Source: Candidatus Eiseniibacteriota bacterium (GTDB lineage: Bacteria > Eisenbacteria > RBG-16-71-46). From it: DNA of 64,000 nucleotides. The first letter of the stretch is position 1, and every line of letters starts with the position of its first letter. The position numbers were made by a program, and so were the translations under genes. The DNA lies in NCBI GenBank assembly GCA_963776245.1, contig CAVZLN010000009.1, positions 96,001 to 160,000 on the forward strand, given 5' to 3'. Positions 1 to 9,137 of this stretch are shown piece after piece. The notes below the pieces were generated by a model. That model was not told where the DNA came from. It saw only the letters and a list, made by a program, of their open reading frames with translations, and made no database searches.

Positions 1-726
1 CTGGAACTGCGCGGGCGCGGCCTCCAGCACCACGATCCGCCCGTCGCCGGCCATCTGCATCGACGCGAGCACCTCGCCGAAGAAGCGCAGGCGTCCGGCC
101 GACGCGTGCGCGTGCACGGTGGAGTGCATGCGCTGGGGATCGACTCCGAGGGCGAGCAGCTCCGCGGCCATGTGATGCGCGTGGCTGTCGGTGTTCGAGA
201 ACCGGAACGACCCGGTGTCGGTCATCAGCGCCACGTAGAGCGCCTCGGCCATCGGCAGCGTGATCGTCCCGGCCGCCTCGCGCACCAGATCGAACACGAT
301 CTCGCCGGTGGACGACGCCGTGGGCTCGACCACGTTGACCTCGCCGAAGCCGCGCTGGTGGGTGACGTGGTGGTCCACCACCGCGATCGCGATGGGACGG
401 CGGTCGAGCAGCGGGGCGAGCCGTCCGATGCGCTGGCGATTGCTGGTGTCGAGCACGACGATCGCGTCGCATTCGCCGAAGCGCTGCTCGGCGAGCTCGG
501 GCTCGAACACCTCGAGCGGCTGCCCGAGGGTGAGGAAGGTGAACGCGGTGGGCACGACCGAATCGTTGAGCACGTGCACCTGCTTGCCGAGCGCGCGCAG
601 CCATCCCGCGAGCGCCACCTCGCTGCCCAGCCCGTCGCCATCGGGATTGATGTGCGTGGTGAGCAGGAAGCGGGTGTGAGCCGCGACGAACGCGTGGAAC
701 GCCTGATGGTCCGGCACGCCGATCAC
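1..726 (-). CDS. nrnA: DHH family phosphoesterase (oligoribonuclease/pAp phosphatase NrnA), 3' end truncated by window
   Basis: Not in the ORF track; translated by hand from GTG at 726 (GTGA overlap with pdxT stop): MIGVPDHQAF..THINPDGDGLGS..VVLDTS..VVDHH..LMTDTGSFRFSNT, which are the DHH motifs. Confidence 0.9.
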   Translation of the reverse strand, partial: MIGVPDHQAFHAFVAAHTRFLLTTHINPDGDGLGSEVALAGWLRALGKQVHVLNDSVVPTAFTFLTLGQPLEVFEPELAEQRFGECDAIVVLDTSNRQRIGRLAPLLDRRPIAIAVVDHHVTHQRGFGEVNVVEPTASSTGEIVFDLVREAAGTITLPMAEALYVALMTDTGSFRFSNTDSHAHHMAAELLALGVDPQRMHSTVHAHASAGRLRFFGEVLASMQMAGDGRIVVLEAAPAQFQ

Positions 727-1334
727 GCCGCCCCCCGCGCCCGGCTCCCGGCGTCGTCGAGCAGCCCGGCGACGGTCGCGAGGAACCAGCGATGGAAGCG
801 CAGGTCGCGGGTCAGCTCGGGATGGAAGGTGAGCCCCACCACGCGGCCCTGGCGCACGCCCACCGGTTCGCCCTGGTGGGTCGCCACCACCTCCACCCCC
901 GCGCCGACGTGGCGGATACGCGGCGCGCGGATGAACACCCCGTCGAATGGCCCGCCCAGCGCGGGCGCCTCGACCCGGTCGCTGAACGATTCGATCTGGC
1001 GACCGTAGGCATTGCGGTCGACCGTGATGTCGAGCGCGCCGAGCGGCGCGTGAGGCAGGTGGTCGCAGGTGCGCGCCAGCAGGATGACCCCGGCGCAGGT
1101 GCCGAGCGTGGGCTTCTGCCGCACGAAGTCCTCCAGCGGCGCGCGCAGTCCGGTGGAATCGATCAGCCGCAGCATGGTGGAGGACTCGCCCCCCGGGATG
1201 ATCAGGGCATCCAGCGCCTCGAGGTCGCGGGGGAGCGAGACTCGCACCGGCTCGGCGCCGAGCGCCACGAGCGCGGCGCCATGCCGGGCGAAGTCCCCCT
1301 GGAGGCTCAACACGCCGATGCGCGCCTGCGTCAC
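723..1334 (-). CDS. pdxT: PLP synthase glutaminase subunit
   Basis: GVLSLQGDF, PGGESSTM, GTCAG, FIRAP and FHPELT motifs; adjacent to pdxS. Confidence 0.97.
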   Translation of the reverse strand: MTQARIGVLSLQGDFARHGAALVALGAEPVRVSLPRDLEALDALIIPGGESSTMLRLIDSTGLRAPLEDFVRQKPTLGTCAGVILLARTCDHLPHAPLGALDITVDRNAYGRQIESFSDRVEAPALGGPFDGVFIRAPRIRHVGAGVEVVATHQGEPVGVRQGRVVGLTFHPELTRDLRFHRWFLATVAGLLDDAGSRARGAA

Positions 1335-1335
1335 C

Positions 1336-2301
1336 CTACCAGCCTCGCGCCGCGAGCAACTGCTCGTCCGGGATGGTCTCGAGCGAGATCCCCTTCATCG
1401 CCTGCGGGAGGCCCGTGCTGATCTCGGCCAGCACCTCGGGGCGATGGAAGTTGGCGACCGCCTTCACCATCGCCTTCGCCATGCGCAGCTGTTCGGCACG
1501 TGTCGCCGACCGGCTGGCCTCCGCGTCGACCTCGCCGGTGGGCCGGCCCTGACCGTCCTTCCGGAAGACGCTGACCTGCAGGTCGAAGATGCCCGAGCCC
1601 ACGAACACCGACTCGGCGCCCAGGTGCATCATCAGCGCCGCGTCGGCCGGGGTGGCCACGCCGCCCGCGGCGAAGTTCGGCACCGGGAGCTTCCCGGTCC
1701 GCGCCACCTGCTGGACGATCTCGAACGGAGCGCCCAGCGCCTTGGCCTCGGCCATGAGCTCGTCCTCGCGCAGCGTGGCGAGTCTCCTCATGTGCTTCTG
1801 CACCGCGCGCATGTGCCGCACCGCCTCCACCACGTTGCCGGTGCCGGCCTCGCCCTTGGTGCGGATCATCGCCGCGCCCTCGCCGATGCGGCGCAGCGCC
1901 TCCCCCAGATCGCGGCAGCCGCACACGAACGGCACCTTGAAGTCGTGCTTCCAGACGTGGTGCTCCTCGTCGGCGGGCGTGAGCACCTCGCTCTCGTCGA
2001 TGAAGTCGATCTCGAGCGCCTCGAGGATCTGCGCCTCGACAAAATGACCGATGCGCACCTTGGCCATCACCGGGATCTGGACCGCGCCCTGGATCTCGCG
2101 GATCAACTGCGGGTCGGACATGCGCGCCACGCCGCCCTCGCGGCGGATCCTCGAGGGGATGCGCTCGAGCGCCATCACGGCCGCGGCGCCGGCCTCCTCG
2201 GCGATGCGCGCCTGATCGGCGGTCATCACATCCATGATGACTCCGCCCTTCAGCATCTCGGCGAGGCCCACTTTGAGCCGGAACTGTTCCTGCGGGTCCA
2301 C
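1336..2301 (-). CDS. pdxS: PLP synthase lyase subunit, with an insertion of about 27 aa
   Basis: [52 protein letters not shown]. Confidence 0.98.
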   Translation of the reverse strand: MDPQEQFRLKVGLAEMLKGGVIMDVMTADQARIAEEAGAAAVMALERIPSRIRREGGVARMSDPQLIREIQGAVQIPVMAKVRIGHFVEAQILEALEIDFIDESEVLTPADEEHHVWKHDFKVPFVCGCRDLGEALRRIGEGAAMIRTKGEAGTGNVVEAVRHMRAVQKHMRRLATLREDELMAEAKALGAPFEIVQQVARTGKLPVPNFAAGGVATPADAALMMHLGAESVFVGSGIFDLQVSVFRKDGQGRPTGEVDAEASRSATRAEQLRMAKAMVKAVANFHRPEVLAEISTGLPQAMKGISLETIPDEQLLAARGW

Positions 2302-2322
2302 GGCGTCCCTCCTTCCGCGCGC

Positions 2323-3495
2323 TCAGGCGCTGTGCGGCACCGCCGGCCGGTCGAGCGCGCGCAGCCGCTCCACCGCGGCCGGCGTGATCTCCAGGATCCG
2401 GTCCACGTCCGCGTCGTCGTTGCCCTCGCCGAGCGAGAAGCGCACGCTCGCGTGAGCATCCTCGGGCCTCAGGCCCATCGCCAGCAAGACGTGCGACGGC
2501 CCGGACGTCCCGGCGCTGCACGCCGAGCCGGTCGAGACCGTCACCCCTTCGCGATCGAGTTCGTGCAGCAGTGCCTCGCCATCGACCCCCGCGAAGCACA
2601 GATTGACGATGCTCTCCAGCCGCGCCGCCGCGGCCCCGTTCACGCTCGCCCCGCGGACCGCGGCGACGAGGCCGGCGCCCAGGCGACGTCCGAGGGATTC
2701 TACCCGCTCGGGCACGCCCGCCGCGAGCCCGCGGGCCGCGCGCTCGGCGGCCACTCCGAATCCCACCAAGGCAGGCAGGTTCTCGGTCCCGGCGCGCCGC
2801 CCGCGCTCCTGGTGGCCACCGTGCACCAGCGGCACCACCTTCCACCGCCGCCGCACCACCAGCGCGGCGGCGCCCAGCGGCCCGCGCAGCTTGTGCGCCG
2901 CGAGCGTGAGCAGATCGGCGCCGGGCGCCAGGCGGTCGAGCGGACGCCGGCCCGCGGCCTGCACCGCGTCCACGTGGAGCCGCGCGCCGCACGAACGCGC
3001 CAGCTCGGCGACCTCGGCGAGCGGCTGCAGCGTGCCCACTTCGTTGTTCACCGCCATCACCGACACCAACGCCACGTCGGGGCCGAGCGCGGCGCCCAGC
3101 GCTCCCAGGTCGACGACCCCCGCGCGCGTCACCGGGACGATCGTCACCGGCGTGCCCCGCGACTCCAGATGGCGGGCGATCTCGAGCACCGACGGGTGCT
3201 CGGTCGCGCTCACCACGAGGCGCACGCGCCCGGCGGGCGCCGCGAGCATCGCGCCCTTGATCGCGAGGTTGTTGGCCTCGGAGCCGCTGGCGGTGAACAC
3301 CACCTCTTCGGGGAGCGCGCCCGCCAGCGCAGCCACCTGGGCCCGCGCCCGCTCGACCGCCTCCCGCGCCGCCTCGCCGCGCACGTGCACGGACGAGGCA
3401 TTGCCGAAGCGCTCGCCCAGATAGGGGCGCATCGCCTCGATCACCTCGGGAGCGGGCGGCGTGGTCGCCGCCCAGTCGGCATAGACTTCGCGCAT
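2323..3495 (-). CDS. iscS: Cysteine desulfurase (IscS/NifS group I)
   Basis: Start MREVYADWAATTP overlapping apbC stop; SGSEANN, EHPSV, HVDAVQ, AHKLRGP (PLP Lys), STGSACS (catalytic Cys). Confidence 0.92.
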   Translation of the reverse strand: MREVYADWAATTPPAPEVIEAMRPYLGERFGNASSVHVRGEAAREAVERARAQVAALAGALPEEVVFTASGSEANNLAIKGAMLAAPAGRVRLVVSATEHPSVLEIARHLESRGTPVTIVPVTRAGVVDLGALGAALGPDVALVSVMAVNNEVGTLQPLAEVAELARSCGARLHVDAVQAAGRRPLDRLAPGADLLTLAAHKLRGPLGAAALVVRRRWKVVPLVHGGHQERGRRAGTENLPALVGFGVAAERAARGLAAGVPERVESLGRRLGAGLVAAVRGASVNGAAAARLESIVNLCFAGVDGEALLHELDREGVTVSTGSACSAGTSGPSHVLLAMGLRPEDAHASVRFSLGEGNDDADVDRILEITPAAVERLRALDRPAVPHSA

Positions 3496-4562
3496 CACGC
3501 TCCCGGAGCGGCCGAGAGGGTCTGGATGGAGACGCGCTGGGCCAGGTGCCCGGCGATGCGGCGCAGCGCCTTCGCGTACTCGGTGTCGGGCTGCTCGGCG
3601 ACCACCGGCCGGCCCCCGTCCCCGCCGATCCGCACCTCGGCATGGAGCGGCACCGCGCCGAGGAACGGCAGGCCCATCGCGAGCGCGCGGGTCTCGGCAT
3701 CGCCGCTCGAGAAGATGTCGTGGCGGGCGTGGCAGTCCGGGCAGACGAAGTACGACATGTTCTCGATCACCCCGAGCACCGGCACCTGGAGCTTCTCGAA
3801 CATGCTCACCGCCTTCACCGCGTCCTCGATGGCCACCATCGAAGGGGTGGTCACGATCACGGCGCCGGCGACGAAGGTCTGCTGGATGAGCGACAGTTGC
3901 ACATCGCCGGTGCCCGGCGGCAGGTCCACGAGCAGGTAATCGAGCTCGCCCCAGTCCACGTCGTGGAGGAACGACTTGATGGCCCCGTGGAGCATGGGAC
4001 CGCGCCACACCACGGCCTCGCCCTGCTCGACCAGCAGCCCCATCGACATGAACTGCACCCCCCACGCCTCGACCGGGACGATCTTGCCGTTGCGCTGCGA
4101 GGGCTGGCGGCGCACCCCGAGCATGCGCGGCAGATTGGGGCCGTAGATGTCGCCGTCGAGCAGGCCGACCTTCGCCCCGCTCATCGCCAGCGACACCGCC
4201 AGGTTCGCCGAGACCGTGGACTTGCCGACTCCCCCCTTGCCGCTGCCGACCGCGACCACGTGCGCCACGCCCTCGAGCGCCTTGCGGTCCGCCGACGGGT
4301 CCTTGGGCTTGCGCATCCGCGAGGTGGTGTGGATGCGCACCTCCCGCACCCCGGGAACCGCCTGGACCGCGGCGCGCGCCTCGGTCTCGATCTGCTCCTT
4401 GAGCGGACACGCCGCCGTGGTGAGCACCACGGTGAACGACACCGCACCGGCCTCGACCGTGAGGTCCTCGATCATGCCGAGGGTCACGAGGTCGCGGTGG
4501 AGGTCGGGATCGTCCACCGTGCGCAGCGCGTTCAGGATGTCTTCCTGGGTCGGGATGGCCAT
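3495..4562 (-). CDS. apbC: Mrp/ApbC Fe-S cluster carrier ATPase
   Basis: N-terminal DUF59-like (ACP), GKGGVGKST, WRGPM, DLPPGTGD, ENMS..CPDC. Confidence 0.96.
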   Translation of the reverse strand: MAIPTQEDILNALRTVDDPDLHRDLVTLGMIEDLTVEAGAVSFTVVLTTAACPLKEQIETEARAAVQAVPGVREVRIHTTSRMRKPKDPSADRKALEGVAHVVAVGSGKGGVGKSTVSANLAVSLAMSGAKVGLLDGDIYGPNLPRMLGVRRQPSQRNGKIVPVEAWGVQFMSMGLLVEQGEAVVWRGPMLHGAIKSFLHDVDWGELDYLLVDLPPGTGDVQLSLIQQTFVAGAVIVTTPSMVAIEDAVKAVSMFEKLQVPVLGVIENMSYFVCPDCHARHDIFSSGDAETRALAMGLPFLGAVPLHAEVRIGGDGGRPVVAEQPDTEYAKALRRIAGHLAQRVSIQTLSAAPGA

Positions 4563-4739
4563 GGACTCCCCGTGGTGGCAGGCGGACGGATCGAGTCAGC
4601 CCGGCCCGGTCGTGCTGGTGTGTTGGATGCGCCGCGGCGCGGCCGGTGCACGCGGAGGTCCGGTGCGCGTCGGGCATCTTGCCCGGGCCCGCGGGGCGAT
4701 CACCCCTCCGGACCCTAGCCCTCAGCGAGAGAACGGGTT

Positions 4740-4768
4740 AGATTAGCCGCCCTCGCGCGGAAGGTCAA
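4740..4768 (-). promoter_or_regulatory. Putative sigma-70 promoter of apbC-iscS-pdxS-pdxT-nrnA
   Basis: Minus strand TTGACC-N17-TAATCT. Confidence 0.65.
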
Positions 4769-4822
4769 CGCCACGCGGGCCGGGTCGTGGCCTCGTCCCA
4801 CCCCCCCCGCGGGCGCTGGCGC

Positions 4823-6169
4823 TCAGCGCGTGCCGGGGTCGGGCGGGCGCTCGGCCGCGCGCTTCGCCAGCAGTGCCTCCCACGCCTTCATCCGGCGCGC
4901 GATCTCGGCCTCGTGCCCGTGGCTCGTGGGCTCGTAGAACCGCTTGCCCCGCAGCTCGTCGGGCAGGTGCTGCTGGTCGGCGATGCCACCCGCCTCGTCG
5001 TGCGCGTAGCGGTACCCCGCGCCATAGCCCAGGTCCTTCATCAGCCGGGTCGGCGCGTTGCGGATCACCAGCGGCGGCGGCAGCGAGCCGCTCTCCTCGA
5101 CCTCGGCCTGCGCCTTGCCGAGCCCGACGTACACCGCGTTGCTCTTCGCGGCGGTGGCGAGGTAGACGCAGCACTGCGCGAGCGCCAGTTCGCCCTCGGG
5201 GCTGCCGAGCTGGTGGTAGGCCTGGAACGCCGCCACCGCCAGCGGCAGCGCCTGCGGGTCGGCGTTGCCCACGTCCTCGCTGGCGAAGCGCACCAGCCGG
5301 CGCGCGATGTAGAGCGGGTCCTCGCCCGCCGCCATCATGCGCGCCAGCCAGTAGAGCCCGGCGTGCGGGTCGGAGTCGCGCAGCGACTTGTGGAGCGCCG
5401 AGATCAGGTTGTAGTGCTCTTCGCCCGCGCGGTCGTAGCGCAGGTGGCGCTTCGCCAGCGCCTGCCGCGCGCTCGTGAGCGTGATGCGCCCCTCTTCCGC
5501 GGCGGCCGCCGCCAGCTCGAGCGCCCCGAGCGCCCGCCGCGCGTCGCCGTCGGCGGCGGCGGCGAGCAGGTCGAGCGCGTCCGCGTCGGCCGCGACCGCG
5601 GTCCCCAGCCCGCGCTCGCGGTCGGCGATCGCCCGCTCGAGCAGCACCCGCAGGGCGGGCGGCGCGAGCTCCTTCAGCACCACCACGCGCGCGCGCGAGA
5701 GCAGCGCGGCGTTCACCTCGAATGACGGGTTCTCGGTGGTGGCGCCGATGAGCACGATGTCGCCCTTCTCGACGTGCGACAGGAAGGCGTCCTGCTGCGC
5801 CCGGTTGAAGCGGTGGATCTCGTCCACGAACAGCAGCGTCGGCCGGCCCGAGCGGCGCCGTTCGAGGGCGGCGCGCTCCATGGTCTCGCGCACCTCCTTC
5901 ACCCCCGAGAGCACCGCGCTGAACTGGACGAACGGCACCGCGGCGGCGCTCGCCAGCAGGCGCGCGATGGTGGTCTTGCCGGTGCCGGGCGGGCCCCACA
6001 GCACGATCGAAGAGAGATGCCGGCCGTCGCGCATGAGCGCGAGCGGCGTGCCGGGCGCGAACAGGTGTTCCTGTCCGACCAACTCATCGAAGTCCCGCGG
6101 GCGCATGCGGTCGGCGAGCGGTCCGCGGGCCGCGGACTCCGGCGCCTCGCCGAACAGGTCGCTGGTCAT
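4823..6169 (-). CDS. rarA: Replication-associated recombination protein A (RarA/MgsA)
   Basis: PLADRMRP, GPPGTGKTT, DEIHRFN, GATTENPSF, SALHKSLR, SEDVGNADP; ATGA overlap at start. Confidence 0.96.
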   Translation of the reverse strand: MTSDLFGEAPESAARGPLADRMRPRDFDELVGQEHLFAPGTPLALMRDGRHLSSIVLWGPPGTGKTTIARLLASAAAVPFVQFSAVLSGVKEVRETMERAALERRRSGRPTLLFVDEIHRFNRAQQDAFLSHVEKGDIVLIGATTENPSFEVNAALLSRARVVVLKELAPPALRVLLERAIADRERGLGTAVAADADALDLLAAAADGDARRALGALELAAAAAEEGRITLTSARQALAKRHLRYDRAGEEHYNLISALHKSLRDSDPHAGLYWLARMMAAGEDPLYIARRLVRFASEDVGNADPQALPLAVAAFQAYHQLGSPEGELALAQCCVYLATAAKSNAVYVGLGKAQAEVEESGSLPPPLVIRNAPTRLMKDLGYGAGYRYAHDEAGGIADQQHLPDELRGKRFYEPTSHGHEAEIARRMKAWEALLAKRAAERPPDPGTR

Positions 6170-7023
6170 TGGGCATCCGGTCCCGGCGGCGGCGCCAGCC
6201 CGCGGGCGAGCGCGTCGACCGCCGCGTCCACCGAGATCGGCCGGCCGAGGGCGAGCCCGCGCTCCTCGAGCCGCTGGAACAGGTCGGCGAGCACCGGCGG
6301 CTCGATGTTGCTGCGCCGCAGCAGACCGGGGTCGCGGAAGATGGTCTCGGGCGAGCCCTGCGCCACGATCTCTCCGCCGAACAGCAGCACGTACACCTGG
6401 TCCGCCATCGCCGGCACCACGTTGACGTCGTGGGTGGCCATCACCAGCGACACTCCGCGCTCGCGATGCAGCCGGTTGAGCACCTCCACCAGGTCGGTGC
6501 GCGAGGCGGGGTCGAGCCCCTCGAACGGCTCGTCGAGCACCAGCAGCTCGGGCTTGAGCACCAGCGCTCCGGCGAGCGCCACCTTGCGCTTCTCCCCACC
6601 CGAGAGGTGGTGGCAGACCTTGTGCTGGAGGTGGGCGATGCCCACCATCTCGAGCGCATCGCTCACCAGGCGCTCGACCTCGGCCTCCGGATGGCCGTAC
6701 GAGCGTGGCGAGAACGACACGTCGTCCCACACCGTGGGCGCCAGGATCTGTTCCTCGACGTTCTGCAGCAGCACCCCGACCCGCTCGCGGATCCGGTCGA
6801 AGTGGCGCGCCGGGTTCACCCCGAACACCGAGACCTCGCCCTCGGCGGGCTCGAGCAGGCCGAGGATGTGGAACAGCAGCGTGGTCTTGCCGCAACCGTT
6901 GGGGCCGAGGATGACCACGCGCTGCGACGGGGCGACCACGAAATCGAGCCCGCACAGGTGCACCTGGGTGCGATCGGGATAGACGTGGCGCACGCACGAG
7001 ATGCGGACGATGGGCTCGCTCAT
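6166..7023 (-). CDS. cbiO: ECF transporter ATPase (CbiO/NikO type)
   Basis: GPNGCGKTT, LSGGEKRK, LDEP; downstream of T and S component genes. Confidence 0.88.
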   Translation of the reverse strand: MSEPIVRISCVRHVYPDRTQVHLCGLDFVVAPSQRVVILGPNGCGKTTLLFHILGLLEPAEGEVSVFGVNPARHFDRIRERVGVLLQNVEEQILAPTVWDDVSFSPRSYGHPEAEVERLVSDALEMVGIAHLQHKVCHHLSGGEKRKVALAGALVLKPELLVLDEPFEGLDPASRTDLVEVLNRLHRERGVSLVMATHDVNVVPAMADQVYVLLFGGEIVAQGSPETIFRDPGLLRRSNIEPPVLADLFQRLEERGLALGRPISVDAAVDALARGLAPPPGPDAQ

Positions 7024-7739
7024 GGGGTCCTCCACAGGGCCACGGCGGCGGCGGCGACCACCGCGGCCGCGGCGACCACGCCGAGGTCGGCGCGGGTCCA
7101 TTCGGCCCAGTGGCGGCAGCCGCACACGCGCCCCGAGTGGCCGCGCAGCTGCATCACCGCGACCAGGCGCTGGCTGCGCTCGAAACCGTACAGCACCAGC
7201 GTGCCGAGCCCCTCGCCCGCCAGCGTCAGCCGCCGGCGCGCGGGCGCGGCCGCGCCGCCGCGCAACCGCATCGCGCGCCACAGCCGCTCGATGCGGCCGA
7301 CCAGCTCGAACAGCGCGCGGTAGGTCAGGAACAATCCGTCCCCGGCGGCCCGCGGCAGCATCCGCGAGAGCGGCGCGAACAGGTCGGGGTAGGGCGTCGT
7401 GCCCACCAGCCAGACCGCGGTCAGGCTCGCGGTGACGGGACGCGCGAGCAGCCGCAGCGGCGTCTCCCAGGTGCCGTCCCACGCCCCGGACAGGAAGAGC
7501 ACCGAGAACAGCAACGGGTAGCCCGCGGCCGCCAGCACCAGCCGCAGCGACAGCCGGCTGGTGGCGGCGAGCGCGAGCGCGCACCCGAACAGCGCGCCCA
7601 GCAGCCGCAGCGATGGCGCGAACACCGCCAGCGCGATGAGCGCCGCGGCGAGCATCAGCTTGGCGAGCGCGCTGGCGCGGTGCCACAGCGTGCGCCCGGC
7701 GCTCGCGTACCAGTCGATCTGCGCGATGGTGTGGATCAT
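7020..7739 (-). CDS. cbiQ: ECF transporter T component (CbiQ/NikQ type)
   Basis: Hydrophobic; LTYR, AMRLRG and MQLRG X-R-G motifs; start MIHTIAQID coupled to cbiM stop. Confidence 0.82.
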   Translation of the reverse strand: MIHTIAQIDWYASAGRTLWHRASALAKLMLAAALIALAVFAPSLRLLGALFGCALALAATSRLSLRLVLAAAGYPLLFSVLFLSGAWDGTWETPLRLLARPVTASLTAVWLVGTTPYPDLFAPLSRMLPRAAGDGLFLTYRALFELVGRIERLWRAMRLRGGAAAPARRRLTLAGEGLGTLVLYGFERSQRLVAVMQLRGHSGRVCGCRHWAEWTRADLGVVAAAAVVAAAAVALWRTP

Positions 7740-8413
7740 GGGCGGCCTTCCGCCGGCGGCAGCAGGTCGGGCCGCACGCGCGCGAGGAAGCGCCCGATGC
7801 CGAGCGCCACCAGCGCCTCGATCGCGATGCCCAGCCCCCACAGCGGCACGGCGACGACGCCGAACAGCGCCGTGCGGCCGGCCTGCGCGGCGTGCCCCGC
7901 GTGGCCGGGCTCGGGCGAGAAGGCCGGGCTCACGCGCATCCCGACCGCGACCACCGCGAGCCACAGCAGCCCGGACACCGCCTGCGCGCCCGCGGTGGCC
8001 GCGGCCAGCGCGCCCGCCTGCGACAGTCGCCGCGCGCCGGCCCGGTAGAGCGGGCGCGCGAGCGCCGTGCCCGCGCCCAGCACCAGCGCGTTGAGACCGA
8101 TGACGGTGAACCCGCCGTGGCCGATGAACGCGAGGATGGTCACCGCGAGGAACACCACCTGATACCCGCCGGCGGCGCCCAGCAGCACGCCCAGCGGGCC
8201 GATGAGGCTGAGGTGGTACTCGAACGGCCCGAGCGGGATCTCCACCGCCATGGCCGCGAGCACCAGCGCGCCGAGCGCGCTCTGGTAGCCCACGCGCCGC
8301 GCGTCGCCCGCTCCGCCGCGCGCGCTCAGCATCAGCAGGAGCAGGGCCAGCGCGAGCCCCGGCACCCAGAGCGCCACCGGCAGGAGCCCGTCGGGAATGT
8401 GCAGGTGGGCCAT
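7736..8413 (-). CDS. cbiM: ECF transporter S component, CbiM/NikM family (Co/Ni)
   Basis: HIPDG near N-terminus, YHLSL, GHGGFTVIGLN. Confidence 0.85.
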   Translation of the reverse strand: MAHLHIPDGLLPVALWVPGLALALLLLMLSARGGAGDARRVGYQSALGALVLAAMAVEIPLGPFEYHLSLIGPLGVLLGAAGGYQVVFLAVTILAFIGHGGFTVIGLNALVLGAGTALARPLYRAGARRLSQAGALAAATAGAQAVSGLLWLAVVAVGMRVSPAFSPEPGHAGHAAQAGRTALFGVVAVPLWGLGIAIEALVALGIGRFLARVRPDLLPPAEGRP

Positions 8414-8414
8414 G

Positions 8415-9137
8415 TCACTGCGCCCAGGCGAGGGCGGCCGCGACCGGCTCGGCGCCCGCGGCCGCGAGCGCGTCGAGACCGGCTTCGAGGGTCGCGCCCG
8501 TGGTGACGACGTCGTCCACCAGCAGCACGCGCCGGCCCGCCACCGCGGACGCCCGCACGACCCGGAACGCGCCGGCGAGATTGCGCCGCCGCGCCCCCGA
8601 GCCGAGCCGCGATTGCGGCGGGGTCGAACGCACCCGCGCCAGCGCGCCCTCGAGTCGCGGCGCGCCGATCACCCGGGCGAGTTGGTCGGCGAGCAACGCC
8701 GCCTGGTCGTATCCCCGCTCGCGGCGGCGTGCCGGATGGAGCGGCACGCCGATCACCAGATCGGGAGCGAGCCCCGGCGGCAGCGCGGCGGCCAGGTCCC
8801 GAGCGAGCGCGGCCGCGAGCGCCGGGCGTTCCGCGAACTTGAACGCGTGCACCACCCGCGCGGCGCGCTCGTCGTACACCCACGCCGGCCACACCAGGTG
8901 CCCGGCGTGGCGCGTGCAGCCCACCGGCTCCCGCCCCCGCGCCAGGCAGTGCACGCACAGCGCGTACGAGAGCCGCGGGATCGCGGCGTGGCAGGCGGCG
9001 CACAGCAGCCACGCCGGATCGGCCTCGGCCCCGCATCCCGGACAGCGCTGCGGCAGGGCGAATCCCTCGAAGGCGCGCGGGAGCGCCGCGATCGCCTCTC
9101 GGAGCGCGGCCATCGCGCCCGCGGCGGGCGCGCTCAA
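8415..9137 (-). CDS. comF: ComF family protein (zinc ribbon plus phosphoribosyltransferase domain)
   Basis: CxxC pairs, VPLHPARRRERGYDQA, LLVDDVVTTGAT; start TTG 9137 (overlap with aroE stop) or ATG 9113. Confidence 0.88.
   Translation of the reverse strand: MSAPAAGAMAALREAIAALPRAFEGFALPQRCPGCGAEADPAWLLCAACHAAIPRLSYALCVHCLARGREPVGCTRHAGHLVWPAWVYDERAARVVHAFKFAERPALAAALARDLAAALPPGLAPDLVIGVPLHPARRRERGYDQAALLADQLARVIGAPRLEGALARVRSTPPQSRLGSGARRRNLAGAFRVVRASAVAGRRVLLVDDVVTTGATLEAGLDALAAAGAEPVAAALAWAQ

Noticed and set aside
1069..3939. Long ORFs antisense or out of frame to real genes (also 11856-14192, 24301-27051, 28454-31696, 32216-34525, 53096-55504)
   Set aside because: Shadow ORFs typical of high-GC DNA: Arg/Ala/His-rich, no motifs, fully overlapping well-supported genes
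4596..4703. 35-aa leader peptide (MIAPRARARC..) upstream of apbC
   Set aside because: SD abuts the GTG with no spacer and the composition looks non-coding
8414..8500. Cobalamin riboswitch or NikR site before cbiM
   Set aside because: comF ends 1 nt before the cbiM start, leaving no room, and no motif is present
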